Origin: a virus
IMG/VR virus record: IMGVR_UViG_3300043438_001221
Length of the DNA stretch: 64,000 nt
Reading direction: 5' to 3' (one strand)
Both the position numbers and the translations under genes were made by a program. The first letter of the stretch is position 1, and the number at the start of each line of letters is the position of its first letter. The notes below the pieces were generated by a model that made no database searches, had not been told where the DNA came from, and saw nothing but the letters and a program-made list of their open reading frames with translations. Positions 18,012 to 28,043 of the stretch are shown one piece after another.

Positions 18012-18230
18012 ATGCAAGTTGAAATTAAAGCACAGGAGGATGAGAATTTTAAATTCACAACAACAGACGAAACGGATGATCTGAAAGATGATTCCCATGT
18101 CAGTTCAGCAACGCCAGAACAAATTGCGGAACAACCTGTTCAACCGGAACCTCCGAAACGTAGGGAAGCAACGCTGAACAACCCATCGGGACACGAATGG
18201 TTTAATGGAACATCTTGGGGATTGAAATGA
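18012..18230 (+). CDS. hypothetical acidic protein
   Basis: TAAATC-N5-ATG; ATGA overlap with the next gene. Confidence 0.55.
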   Translation: MQVEIKAQEDENFKFTTTDETDDLKDDSHVSSATPEQIAEQPVQPEPPKRREATLNNPSGHEWFNGTSWGLK

Positions 18231-19018
18231 TAACGAATATCAAAATTCTAAATGGGTTTGCTACGGAGCTTCCTAATTTTCACAAGGGAATTGAATTCCA
18301 ATTCTCGGAAGGACTGAATATATTTTCAGGTTCCAATGGTTGCGGCAAGACCAGTATCCTAAAAATGCTCAAAGCATATTGTGGCATTCCCAATGGATAT
18401 GCGGGATGGTCTAGGATTTCCTCGGAACTTGCTTTGGGAGCGCAACAGAGAAGTCACTTTCCTTATGTGTATCGCGCCTATTCTCCGGGTCAATCCGATT
18501 GTATAGTGGGATGGGATGGGACTGCCACCTTCTATAATGAGGGGGATGTGAAGATTGACCAATGGGCATGGTTCACCCACAAGGAAATCTCCTCGGAAGA
18601 TGGTATGACCACGGAAGAGGAACACATGGATGCCATGATTGAAAAGCCATCATCCGGTCAATATCGCATGAAAAAGCTCAACAAGCTCTTCAACATGCTC
18701 AAGAGTCCTCCCGATCTTACCAAGTATGTTTCATCTCATCCCGCTCAAGTCGGAGAAGTTGATTATATTCGTTCTCTACCACGCATGGGGAGGGTGACAT
18801 TGCTTCTAGATGAGCCTGAGAGGGCATTGTCGTTGCCCAAGCAGATGGAACTGTTCGCTCTTCTGAAACGCATGTCCAAGGACTACCAGATCATCGTTGC
18901 AACCCATTCCCCTTTTGTTTGTCTCATGGATTTGGATGCTAAGATATACGATATTGAAGCGGGGTATTCGGCGGAATGTAAAAATATCATTGAAAATTTG
19001 GTGAATAATAGTAAATAG
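18227..19018 (+). CDS. ABC-type ATPase (AAA_21-like), no membrane partner
   Basis: GSNGCGKT Walker A, SSGQ, LLLDEPERALS, VATHSP. Confidence 0.85.
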   Translation: MITNIKILNGFATELPNFHKGIEFQFSEGLNIFSGSNGCGKTSILKMLKAYCGIPNGYAGWSRISSELALGAQQRSHFPYVYRAYSPGQSDCIVGWDGTATFYNEGDVKIDQWAWFTHKEISSEDGMTTEEEHMDAMIEKPSSGQYRMKKLNKLFNMLKSPPDLTKYVSSHPAQVGEVDYIRSLPRMGRVTLLLDEPERALSLPKQMELFALLKRMSKDYQIIVATHSPFVCLMDLDAKIYDIEAGYSAECKNIIENLVNNSK

Positions 19019-19028
19019 GGGAGAAATC

Positions 19029-19373
19029 ATGGGTGAAAATGATATAATTAAAAAATGGAAACCTCTTTTAGAATGGTCTTCACGAAAAGTTCCACCACTA
19101 TCAATTGAAAAATATTTAGAGGTTGCCTTGATTTTGGAAAAATGTGAATCGGATTTTATAGAAAATGCTCTTATCTCGAAAAGATTAATCCCCCAAATAC
19201 GAAAAAATGAAGGGGAGTTGGAAACGGTTATTATAAATGATGTAGAACATTACGTTATTGACTGTTTTGAAGAAAAATATGCTATAAGTCCAGAAAATTA
19301 TATGGAAATACACTCTTTTACAACTGGATATGATCTGAAGGGGTATAAGTTTGTAAATGGCGAATGGATTTAA
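19029..19373 (+). CDS. hypothetical protein with gp23 propeptide-like N-terminus
   Basis: KKWKPLLEWSS..VPPL...YLEVALILEKCE...KRLIPQIRK versus gp23 AKWRKVLDYSS..IPAI...YKTTAMLLENQE...KILIPMIRR; GGGGAG upstream. Confidence 0.6.
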   Translation: MGENDIIKKWKPLLEWSSRKVPPLSIEKYLEVALILEKCESDFIENALISKRLIPQIRKNEGELETVIINDVEHYVIDCFEEKYAISPENYMEIHSFTTGYDLKGYKFVNGEWI

Positions 19374-19385
19374 TTAAATAAAAAT

Positions 19386-19616
19386 ATGAGTGGTCACTTT
19401 TCACAAAAATACGGGGGTTCTGCTGGTGCCATTTTGGACGCTTGGGGTCAGGATCGAATTAATGCAGAGATTGGGGAGCTTTATGAGCAACATGTATTCG
19501 GTAAGAAGAGCATTGACATGAACGAACTCCTGAACGAATTTCATGGACAGAAAACTGGCGGTGCTGTGAGGCATTCCGCCGATTTGAAGACTGCTCCTAA
19601 AGGGGGCTTACTGTAA
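19386..19616 (+). CDS. hypothetical late protein
   Basis: TAAATA-N5-ATG. Confidence 0.6.
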   Translation: MSGHFSQKYGGSAGAILDAWGQDRINAEIGELYEQHVFGKKSIDMNELLNEFHGQKTGGAVRHSADLKTAPKGGLL

Positions 19617-19626
19617 GGATAATATT

Positions 19627-20010
19627 ATGAAAAAAGAAATATACGAAAGACAATATCCCATGACGGAAGATGAGAAAAAGGAAGCTACCGAAATTGCTGG
19701 GCATTTGGCAACACATTATCTAAACGCTGTTTGGAATACAATACATGGTCAAGCATCTCCAAAAGATGTGGTAAATATCCAAGATAAATATGATCAGGTC
19801 AAACATCAAGTTGTAAAAGATTATGAGAAATCCCTGAATGAAAAGGTTCTCAAGTTCTTCATGTTGAAGCGTAAGAAGAAAAATGAAAAGATTTCCATTG
19901 ATGATGTTGTAAGCATTATCAAATATAAGTTAGTATCCAAACCAAAGAGGAAATTGGCATGTTTCATGTGGGATAAAGAATATAATATCTATCCGTTGGT
20001 GAGACGATAA
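19627..20010 (+). CDS. hypothetical protein
   Basis: 127-aa ORF. Confidence 0.6.
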   Translation: MKKEIYERQYPMTEDEKKEATEIAGHLATHYLNAVWNTIHGQASPKDVVNIQDKYDQVKHQVVKDYEKSLNEKVLKFFMLKRKKKNEKISIDDVVSIIKYKLVSKPKRKLACFMWDKEYNIYPLVRR

Positions 20011-20748
20011 TCACACGCCGAGAATTTGTGTAATATGACGCAAGATCGGTGATCTGACAATATCAGCATTATCAAATTTCAAGCAATGAATTTCATTCTT
20101 TCTTGAGAACTCTTGATCGAATTTATCAAAAACTTCTTTAAATCCTGAGTCGTTAATGTCATTCTGCTTGGTATCTCCGATTACAAAGTAGTGGGAACCC
20201 CTACCAAATCTGGATAAGCAACTGGAAAGTTCTTTTTTTGTCGCATTTTGGCTTTCGTCTATAATAACAGCACTATTATGGAATGTTAATCCGCGAATAA
20301 AGTTGACTGGCATAGCTTTAATGTATTCTTGTTCCATCAATGCTTTATATGTGGAAATGCTTGTCATCTCGTTCAGCTTATCAATAAGTGGCATTGAGAA
20401 GTATAAAAATTTGTCGTCTAGTTCTCCGGGTAACGCGCCCAAAGAACGAGAAGCACTTTCCACTATTGTCCTGACATAGATGATTCTATCAACTTGTCTG
20501 TTTTTCAACAATTCCAATGCTCCGTAAACAGCTACTTGCGTTTTCGCACTACCTGCTGGACCATCTACAAAGACCATATTAGTCTTCGGGTTTTGTGTTA
20601 ATTGATAAAATTTGATTTGATTATCAGTTAAATGTGGCAACTTTTTGAGGTCTATATTAGACAGATCAAAGTTCTTTTTGTAATGATCGGTGATTTCATC
20701 TGTGATATCCAACTCTTTCCTCCTGCGAGGTGCTTTTTTGGTAGCCAT
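20011..20748 (-). CDS. phoH: PhoH family ATPase
   Basis: GPAGSAKT, LGALPGELDDK, FIRGLTF, IIDESQN, GDTKQND, DIVRS. Confidence 0.93.
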   Translation of the reverse strand: MATKKAPRRRKELDITDEITDHYKKNFDLSNIDLKKLPHLTDNQIKFYQLTQNPKTNMVFVDGPAGSAKTQVAVYGALELLKNRQVDRIIYVRTIVESASRSLGALPGELDDKFLYFSMPLIDKLNEMTSISTYKALMEQEYIKAMPVNFIRGLTFHNSAVIIDESQNATKKELSSCLSRFGRGSHYFVIGDTKQNDINDSGFKEVFDKFDQEFSRKNEIHCLKFDNADIVRSPILRHITQILGV

Positions 20749-20809
20749 GTATTATTACTTAGCCAAAATCGCTTGCAATTTGATAATACTCTGTTAAGTT
20801 AATATCATT

Positions 20810-21544
20810 ATGAGACTAGCAATTAGCGGCACACAAAATTCTGGAAAATCCACGTTAGTAAAAGCATTCCTCCAGAAATGGCCCATGTATGCCACACCAG
20901 CCAAAACATACAGGGATGTAATCAAGGAAAACAATCTTTCCCATTCTTCCAATACCACGGAAGAAACCCAATTATTGATTCTTGATCATCTCACACAATC
21001 TTTGGATACACATAAGGATATAAAACACATCATCTATGACCGCTGCCCCCTTGATTGTCTTGCTTACACATTACATGCCGCTGAAAAAGATTTGGTATCC
21101 GAAGATGTTTTGGGCGTGACGGTGGATATTGTTCGTCGTTCTCTGAAAAATCTTGATATCATCTTCTGGCTGAAATACGATCCAGCTATCAAGATCGTTG
21201 ATGATGGGACACGTGACACCAACCTTAATTACATTCGGGAAATTGATGATATCTTCGCGGGACTTTTCGAGCAATATTCCGATCATTTGGGCAATACACC
21301 GTTCTTCATTGCGGAAGATTGTCCCGCCATCATCCCCGTTGACATGACAAATCTCGATGATAGGATTGCATGGATTGGAGAGTTCCTTGACCAGAAAGGC
21401 GATCTGATTGAGACGGGAGAAAGCGTTCTTGATCCCAAGAATCTGGAGATGATGGAACAAATGCTGAAAGACCAAGGACTTTGGATTGAGAAGGATCAGC
21501 AATACAAGAATCTGAAGGATCAGATCAAGAATTTTAAAATATGA
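20810..21544 (+). CDS. P-loop nucleotide kinase-like protein (AAA_28/dNMP kinase-like)
   Basis: ISGTQNSGKST, YDRCPLDCLAY. Confidence 0.7.
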   Translation: MRLAISGTQNSGKSTLVKAFLQKWPMYATPAKTYRDVIKENNLSHSSNTTEETQLLILDHLTQSLDTHKDIKHIIYDRCPLDCLAYTLHAAEKDLVSEDVLGVTVDIVRRSLKNLDIIFWLKYDPAIKIVDDGTRDTNLNYIREIDDIFAGLFEQYSDHLGNTPFFIAEDCPAIIPVDMTNLDDRIAWIGEFLDQKGDLIETGESVLDPKNLEMMEQMLKDQGLWIEKDQQYKNLKDQIKNFKI

Positions 21545-22383
21545 GTGAAAAAATCGGATTAGCAATCATAACCAAACAACCACGGGACACGTTTCCAGAG
21601 GCTTTTGATTTTTGGCATCACATGGTAGATCATGTTGTTGTTGTGAACGATGGGGATGAATTTACATACGATTGGAGTGCAGGATTTAGAAATAAATATG
21701 TTGGTAGATTTCCTGAAACCACTTTAACATATCTCAAAAATCCTGAGAACTTGGGAGTCGCCACCTCAAAAAACAACGCGATGCGACATCTTTTGAATCA
21801 AGGATGTGATCATATCTTTATCATGGAAGATGATATGCGAATAATTGATAATGGGATTTTTGATGCTTATATCAATGCTTCCAAGAAGAGTGGCATCCAA
21901 CATCTGATGTTTGGCTACCATGGACCAGCCAACAAAAACGGCATCTCCCACGGTAAACCATGTCCCCGATTGGTGGTGGATTATGGGGATTTCTCCCTAG
22001 CATTCAACCAACATTGTGTGGGAGCGTTTTGTTATTATTCCCGCAAATGTCTGGAAGATGTTGGTCTAATTGACGAGAAATTTCGAAACGCTTTTGATCA
22101 TGTTTCCCATAGCTACGAGCTTGCCCTGAAAGGATATTCCACTCCTTATTGGTGGTGGGCAGACTTGGCAAATTCCTTGGATTATATTGAAGAGCAAGCG
22201 TGTTCGGAGGAAAATTCGTCCATCAAGACCCCAGAATCCATGCAGAAATGGGAGAGTAATATTCGTGGTTCCATGGATTATTTCAAGGAGAAATTCGGTG
22301 TTTATCCTTTTGGAAGTGATGGTGTTCGGGATACGGATGAAAAAGATGTATTGACTTTCTTAAAAACTAAGCGACAATCCTGA
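21541..22383 (+). CDS. GT2 (GT-A) glycosyltransferase
   Basis: VVVVNDG, NLGVATSKN, FIMEDD, VGLIDEKF. Confidence 0.85.
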   Translation: MSEKIGLAIITKQPRDTFPEAFDFWHHMVDHVVVVNDGDEFTYDWSAGFRNKYVGRFPETTLTYLKNPENLGVATSKNNAMRHLLNQGCDHIFIMEDDMRIIDNGIFDAYINASKKSGIQHLMFGYHGPANKNGISHGKPCPRLVVDYGDFSLAFNQHCVGAFCYYSRKCLEDVGLIDEKFRNAFDHVSHSYELALKGYSTPYWWWADLANSLDYIEEQACSEENSSIKTPESMQKWESNIRGSMDYFKEKFGVYPFGSDGVRDTDEKDVLTFLKTKRQS

Positions 22384-22385
22384 AT

Positions 22386-22598
22386 ATGAAAGAAAAAATC
22401 TATCCGATCAGAACGGTCGAAGAATTTAAAGAATCAGCAGCGAATTGGGAATTTGCCACGATGGTATCAACAAGCTCTGACAACAGAGAAGAAATTGAAA
22501 AGGCTGATGTTATTTGTAGTATTGAAGAAAAAAGGTGGGATGAGTGTAGGCATCTTTTTGAATTTAGTGAAGATGGTGATTTAGTAGGATTAAAATGA
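22386..22598 (+). CDS. hypothetical protein
   Basis: 70 aa, ATGA overlap with the next gene. Confidence 0.55.
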   Translation: MKEKIYPIRTVEEFKESAANWEFATMVSTSSDNREEIEKADVICSIEEKRWDECRHLFEFSEDGDLVGLK

Positions 22599-23404
22599 AA
22601 ACAGATTTAAGTAACATTGGCTTAATGATCCACTTCCGTAGGGATGTGGATGACCGCTTTCGCAATCTGGAAATGGTTGTGAAATTTTATAGAGAAAATT
22701 CTGACAATCTCCAGATCGCCATTCTGAATGACGATAAGGAATTGGATAAGGACTTCAAGAGACTCTGCAAGCAATACGATTGTAAGGGTCTGTTCATGGA
22801 AAATTCTGATGTCTATTGGAGAACCAAGGCATTCAATGAGATGTCCAAGATTCTGGATGTGGATTATCTGATTGCAGGAGATACCGATGTGATCGTTGAT
22901 CCGAAATTTATTTTGGAATCGAAACAATTGTTTGATAGTAATGTCGGGATTGTATATCCTTACAACGGAATGTTCATCCATTTGAAGCAACCAATGTTTG
23001 AAATGTTCGCCGTAGATCAATCCTTAGTTGACCTATTGGACAAATCTCAAACACTCAAACCAATTCCTTATGATCAGGATGAGAACTTTTTAGTCGCCCA
23101 TCCGCAAAGCAAGGGGGGAATGGTGATGTTCAAAAAGGATGTATTTGTTGAATGCAATGGATACAATCCCAATTTCAAAGGATGGGGGTATGAGGATGAC
23201 GAGATTCTGGCTAGATTTCAGAAGATGGGTTGGGGTATTCTACGGGTTAATAATGCGGAAGCGATTGCATGGCATTTGCCACATGAGAATACCGTGAGAG
23301 AGAAGCATCCATATTACGATAACAATCGGAGACATTCTGATTTTGTTTGTGGGGATACGAAGTGGGAGGATTTGGAACGATATATTTGGAGTTGGACGAT
23401 ATAA
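22595..23404 (+). CDS. GT-A glycosyltransferase with GT7/galactosyltransferase C-terminal motif
   Basis: GDTDV DxD motif, NGYNPNFKGWGYEDDE, WHLPH. Confidence 0.85.
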   Translation: MKTDLSNIGLMIHFRRDVDDRFRNLEMVVKFYRENSDNLQIAILNDDKELDKDFKRLCKQYDCKGLFMENSDVYWRTKAFNEMSKILDVDYLIAGDTDVIVDPKFILESKQLFDSNVGIVYPYNGMFIHLKQPMFEMFAVDQSLVDLLDKSQTLKPIPYDQDENFLVAHPQSKGGMVMFKKDVFVECNGYNPNFKGWGYEDDEILARFQKMGWGILRVNNAEAIAWHLPHENTVREKHPYYDNNRRHSDFVCGDTKWEDLERYIWSWTI

Positions 23405-23413
23405 TTAAATAAT

Positions 23414-24190
23414 ATGGAAGATGAATTAATCATTAGCCACAATGCTGGTTTTTTTTCGTGTAGTTCAGTGGCGTTGAATCAAATAGTTGATTATGTGAAT
23501 ATTCACAATCGCTTACCGAGTAATATAAATAGATCATGCCAATACAGTGAATATAAAATAAACATGAATGATAATTTAATTCAATTATTATTTGATGACG
23601 AAAACACTGAATATAATTTTGAATCAATTATTGATTATCAGCATAATCGACAGTTTACTCCGTATAAAAATTTGGAATATGAGAAAATTTTTCCATTGGT
23701 TGCTAAGTATTTCACCCCATCCAAATCAATTTATAATATTATTGATAAAATTGAAAATTCTCTCAATATAAATTATGATGATACTATCGCGGTTTGTTAT
23801 AGGGGAAATGATAAATGGACGGAAACTTCCATTGCAACATATGAAGAATTTATTGATAAATGTGAAAGCCTGAACGCTGAAAATAAAACATTTTGTTTAC
23901 AAACAGATGTGAAAGAATTTTTTGATTTATTTGTGAGTCGGTTTCCAAATACCATATATAATCCTAATTTGGATATGATTAACCACAATCCATCCACCAG
24001 CATTCATTACACATATCCCAAAAATTCCGAAGAAAGATTGAATCACGGTATGAATTTATTTGCAAATGTATATGTATTATCTAAGTGTTCGCAGATCGTA
24101 ACTTACAGTGGCAATGTTGGAATCTGGATATGTTTATATAGAAATAAATCAAAGGGTATTCATCAGTATTTAAACGGGGAGTGGGTGTAA
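23414..24190 (+). CDS. fucosyltransferase-like protein (NodZ/GT23-like)
   Basis: NAGFFS, AVCYRGNDK, LQTD, LSKC...SGNVG pattern of GDP-fucose-using GT-B enzymes. Confidence 0.65.
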   Translation: MEDELIISHNAGFFSCSSVALNQIVDYVNIHNRLPSNINRSCQYSEYKINMNDNLIQLLFDDENTEYNFESIIDYQHNRQFTPYKNLEYEKIFPLVAKYFTPSKSIYNIIDKIENSLNINYDDTIAVCYRGNDKWTETSIATYEEFIDKCESLNAENKTFCLQTDVKEFFDLFVSRFPNTIYNPNLDMINHNPSTSIHYTYPKNSEERLNHGMNLFANVYVLSKCSQIVTYSGNVGIWICLYRNKSKGIHQYLNGEWV

Positions 24191-24198
24191 TTTTGTAT

Positions 24199-24885
24199 AT
24201 GAAACCTAAATTTTCAATATGTATCCCCGTGTGGGAACAGCACGGATTCGGTCTTCAATATTTAAAATACCTTATTCATTCCATACAAATTCAGTCGTTT
24301 CAAGATTATGAATTGGTTATTTCGGATCATAGTCAAAACAGAGAAATTTTTGAATATTTAGACTCAGAGACATTTGATTTAATATATTTAAAATATGATG
24401 AAAATTATGGAAATGGTGTAGCCAATCTCAACAATGCGCTAAAAATGGTGAATGGGAAAATCATTAAGATCATGTTTCAAGATGACTTCATGTTTGACCG
24501 TAGATGTCTGGAAAAATTTGATAAAACATTTCAGGATGAAAATACCAAATGGGCTGTTTGTGGATGTAATCATACCAGAGATGGTGTGAATTTTGAAAGA
24601 CCCATGGTTCCGTCTTGGAATGACAAATTGTTGGAAGGTGTGAACACGATCAGTTCACCATCCGTTCTGGCGTTTCGTAATGAAAACGTGGAATTGTTTG
24701 ATGAGAACTTGACAATGCTCATGGATACGGCATACTACTACCGATTGGGAGAACGATACGGATTACCTACAGTAATTGATGATTGCTTGGTGTCGAATCG
24801 TTGTCATGAGAATCAGATCAGCAGTAGGTATAGTGGAAATTTGGAAGAAGAGATCAAATATTGTAAAGAAAAATATGGAAAATGA
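24199..24885 (+). CDS. GT2 glycosyltransferase
   Basis: SICIPVW, ELVISDHS, ANLNNA, FQDD, FDENL. Confidence 0.85.
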   Translation: MKPKFSICIPVWEQHGFGLQYLKYLIHSIQIQSFQDYELVISDHSQNREIFEYLDSETFDLIYLKYDENYGNGVANLNNALKMVNGKIIKIMFQDDFMFDRRCLEKFDKTFQDENTKWAVCGCNHTRDGVNFERPMVPSWNDKLLEGVNTISSPSVLAFRNENVELFDENLTMLMDTAYYYRLGERYGLPTVIDDCLVSNRCHENQISSRYSGNLEEEIKYCKEKYGK

Positions 24886-25117
24886 TTTAAATATTAGTGA
24901 TTGTAGGGAATACCTTGCAATGAATTTAATACACTTGGAAAATTTGGTAGTGGAAATGAACCACTTAACCAGTAAAATCGAAAATGATGACTTAAAAAGT
25001 GTGTGTGAAGAATTGAAGAGAAGATTGAAAATTGTTCGCAAAAATAGCGTTCAAGCGTTGAACGCATCATTGGGTTACACATATACAGTGCCACATTATC
25101 GTTATGATAGTAACTGA
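24875..25117 (+). CDS. hypothetical protein
   Basis: 80-aa ORF starting MENDLN, overlapping both neighbours slightly. Confidence 0.5.
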   Translation: MENDLNISDCREYLAMNLIHLENLVVEMNHLTSKIENDDLKSVCEELKRRLKIVRKNSVQALNASLGYTYTVPHYRYDSN

Positions 25118-26006
25118 AATCTACAACGGCCAAGGGCTAGGCAATCAGCTTGCTTGTTACGTAACAACGCGAGTGGTTGCCAAGGATAAGGGATTTGATT
25201 TTGGTATTATGAATCCCCACAAGTTCAAGTGTTTGGACTTCATGGATTTGGATTTCGGATTGCCCGTCACGGGTGGTTCGGGAGGAGAGGGGGGACCACC
25301 CGATACGCTTCCAGATGGTATTCAATATTACTTTAAGGAGAAATGGTTATATCTTCCCAACGGTTCCAATGTGACGATTGATGATCCCAATCTGGAACTG
25401 ATTCAAGACAACACCAAAATTGATGGTATCTTCCAATCAGAAGATCGAATCATTCATCGCAAGGACGAGATTCGTCAATGGTTGAAAATCAAACCAGAAA
25501 AAGATTGTTGGGATTATTCCGATCCGAATATTTGCATTATCAATTATCGGGGAGGGGAATACGCAAGCGTTCGTGATTTCCATCTTCATGATCAATATTG
25601 GAAAGATGCTGTTCAGGACATGTTGGCGATAAATCCTAATTTTAGATTTGTGGTGATCACTGATGATGTGGAACGAGCGTCCAAACAATTTCCTTTTTAT
25701 GAGGTGAAACATTTTGATATTGCAAAGGATTTTACCATCATCAAGAATGCTCATTATCTGATCCTATCCAATTCCAGCTTCCCATATTTCGCTACTCTGT
25801 TGAGCGATACAGTGAAATATATTTTAGCTCCCAAGTATTGGGGGCGATACAATATTTCAGATGGTTATTGGTCGTGTGGTTATAACATTTTTAGAAATCA
25901 TAATTATATAGATCGGGGAGGAAATCTATTTACATGGGAAGAATGTGTGGTAGAATATGAGGGATACAAAAAACGAACGGGGATTTATGACAATACAAGA
26001 AATTAA
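25104..26006 (+). CDS. GT11-like alpha-1,2-fucosyltransferase
   Basis: GQGLGNQL, GIFQSE, INYRGGEY, VITDD, ILSNSSF. Confidence 0.82.
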   Translation: MIVTEIYNGQGLGNQLACYVTTRVVAKDKGFDFGIMNPHKFKCLDFMDLDFGLPVTGGSGGEGGPPDTLPDGIQYYFKEKWLYLPNGSNVTIDDPNLELIQDNTKIDGIFQSEDRIIHRKDEIRQWLKIKPEKDCWDYSDPNICIINYRGGEYASVRDFHLHDQYWKDAVQDMLAINPNFRFVVITDDVERASKQFPFYEVKHFDIAKDFTIIKNAHYLILSNSSFPYFATLLSDTVKYILAPKYWGRYNISDGYWSCGYNIFRNHNYIDRGGNLFTWEECVVEYEGYKKRTGIYDNTRN

Positions 26007-26652
26007 GGATAGGATATTAAGTTTGGATAATACTAATGTTAGATTAACAATGGTTCCACCCAAAGTTTTAGATAACGTCGAAAACGCGATTTTGGATTGT
26101 GTTGAAAACAATGTAGATGGTGATTTTGTAGAGACTGGTGTATGGAAAGGGGGTTGTTCTATACTTGCATACAACATGTATAAACAATTAAATTTAAATA
26201 AAAAAGTTTATTTATATGATTCTTTTGAAGGGCTTCCAAAACCAGACCCGACAAAATATCCAGTAGATAAAGGAGATGATCATTGGACACTTCCAGAGCT
26301 TTCAATTTCTTTGGAAGATGTTAAAGAGAATTTTAAAAAATTCGGAGAATTGGATGAAAATGTAATTTTTATTAAAGGATGGTTTAGAGATACAATACCT
26401 TTAAATGAAATTGACAAAATTTCAATATTGAGGCTTGATGGTGATATGTATGAGAGTACTATCGATCCATTACAATATCTATATCCAAAATTAGCTATTG
26501 GTGGTTATTGCATTGTTGATGATTATGGACACGCTGGAGCTAAAGCAGCGGTAGAAGATTATAGAAAGTTGTACAATATCACAGAAGATATCATTATTAT
26601 TGATGAATCGATTGGTGCATATCCATCCGCTTATTGGAAAAAAGAACGATGA
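25987..26652 (+). CDS. TylF/MycF/NovP-family sugar O-methyltransferase
   Basis: GDFVETGVWKGG, YDSFEGLP, KGWFRDT, LRLDGDMYEST, GGYCIVDDY. Confidence 0.92.
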   Translation: MTIQEIKDRILSLDNTNVRLTMVPPKVLDNVENAILDCVENNVDGDFVETGVWKGGCSILAYNMYKQLNLNKKVYLYDSFEGLPKPDPTKYPVDKGDDHWTLPELSISLEDVKENFKKFGELDENVIFIKGWFRDTIPLNEIDKISILRLDGDMYESTIDPLQYLYPKLAIGGYCIVDDYGHAGAKAAVEDYRKLYNITEDIIIIDESIGAYPSAYWKKER

Positions 26653-27425
26653 AAAAGGTATTTGATGTATTCTCATTTTTCAATGAGTTGGATTTGTTGG
26701 AAGTTCGTCTGAACATTCTGGACAAATATGTGGATTATTTTGTGATTGTGGAATCGCGGCAGACCTTCACAGGAGTTGATAAGCCGTTGTATTACGAAGA
26801 AAATAAGGAGCGTTTCAAACAATGGCATTCCAAAATTATCCACCATGTGATGCATGATTTTCCTCAAGACGAAGATCACTATCAGCGAGCATTGAGAAGC
26901 CCAAATGTTGGAGATGGTGCTGAAAATTGGTTGAGAGAATTCTATCAAAAGGAAGCTCCAATCCGCGCACTGGAAAATATTTGTGTCGATGATGACATCA
27001 TTTTTCTTTCTGATTTGGACGAGATTTGGAATCCTGAAAATCCAGATATTTGCTACAATTTACAACATGGGCAAGTATATCGCCCAATTCAAACAGCTTA
27101 TCCATATTATCTAAATAACCGTTCCAATCAGGATATTGGGCATTGGACAGGAACAAGAGTTGGGACATACAAGACTCTGAAACATTATGGATGTAATCAT
27201 TTTAGAACGGAGCGAGAAGCTGAGAGTATTCCCATCTCAAACGGGGGGTGGCATTTCTCTTGGACAAATAAAGATGCAAAATATGAAGCATTTAAATACA
27301 ATGATGTTCAAGCTCGCTATGAAATCGTTTCCAGAGAAAAGACTTGGAAGGACGAATCGGAATTACCAAAATATATTATGAAAAACAAAGAAGAATTAGT
27401 GAAGAAAGGGTTGATGTTACCATGA
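26649..27425 (+). CDS. GT17-like (MGAT3-type) N-acetylglucosaminyltransferase
   Basis: FFNELDLLEVRL..L...VDYFVIVES..TFTG..KPL, RE.YQ, SDLDEI, GGWHFSW. Confidence 0.85.
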   Translation: MKKVFDVFSFFNELDLLEVRLNILDKYVDYFVIVESRQTFTGVDKPLYYEENKERFKQWHSKIIHHVMHDFPQDEDHYQRALRSPNVGDGAENWLREFYQKEAPIRALENICVDDDIIFLSDLDEIWNPENPDICYNLQHGQVYRPIQTAYPYYLNNRSNQDIGHWTGTRVGTYKTLKHYGCNHFRTEREAESIPISNGGWHFSWTNKDAKYEAFKYNDVQARYEIVSREKTWKDESELPKYIMKNKEELVKKGLMLP

Positions 27426-28021
27426 CACGGACGGAAATTATTAATGCGCTTATTGATAAGCATGGATACGAAGATTATCTGGAGATTGGCGTGAATACTC
27501 CATCACAACCGGGATATAATTGGGTCGGAGTAAAAGCACAAACGAAAACGGGAGTTGATCCCAATGTTGATACCACATTTAAGATGACATCCGATGAATT
27601 CTTTGAAAAGATGTCGCAACATTACTATGACATTGTGTTTGTGGATGGGCTACATATCTTTGAACAGGCTTATCGTGATATCGTAAATTCTTTGAAATGG
27701 TTATCTCCCAACGGAACCATTGTGGTTCATGATTGTAATCCTGTTACGGAAATCACACAACGTCGGGAACGGGCTTCCGATGCGTGGCATGGTGATGTCT
27801 GGAAGGCTATTGTGAAGCTTCGTATGGAGGAAATCGGACTCACTATTCACACGGTTGATACGGATGAAGGATGTGCTATTATTCGTCGTGGAAGTCAAAT
27901 TCTACTCCCCGTTTCTACTGATGAAGACCCCTATGATTATTCATTTTTGGAAAGACGCAGAGTGGAAGCTTTGAATTTGATCAGTGTTGAGGAATTTAAA
28001 AGAATTTATCTTGATTTATGA
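27422..28021 (+). CDS. class I SAM-dependent methyltransferase (Methyltransf_24-like)
   Basis: YLEIGV, GVDP, TSDEFF, DIVFVDGLH, GTIVVHD, WHGDVWK. Confidence 0.85.
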   Translation: MTRTEIINALIDKHGYEDYLEIGVNTPSQPGYNWVGVKAQTKTGVDPNVDTTFKMTSDEFFEKMSQHYYDIVFVDGLHIFEQAYRDIVNSLKWLSPNGTIVVHDCNPVTEITQRRERASDAWHGDVWKAIVKLRMEEIGLTIHTVDTDEGCAIIRRGSQILLPVSTDEDPYDYSFLERRRVEALNLISVEEFKRIYLDL

Positions 28022-28043
28022 TTTTGGTCGCTAAATAATCATA

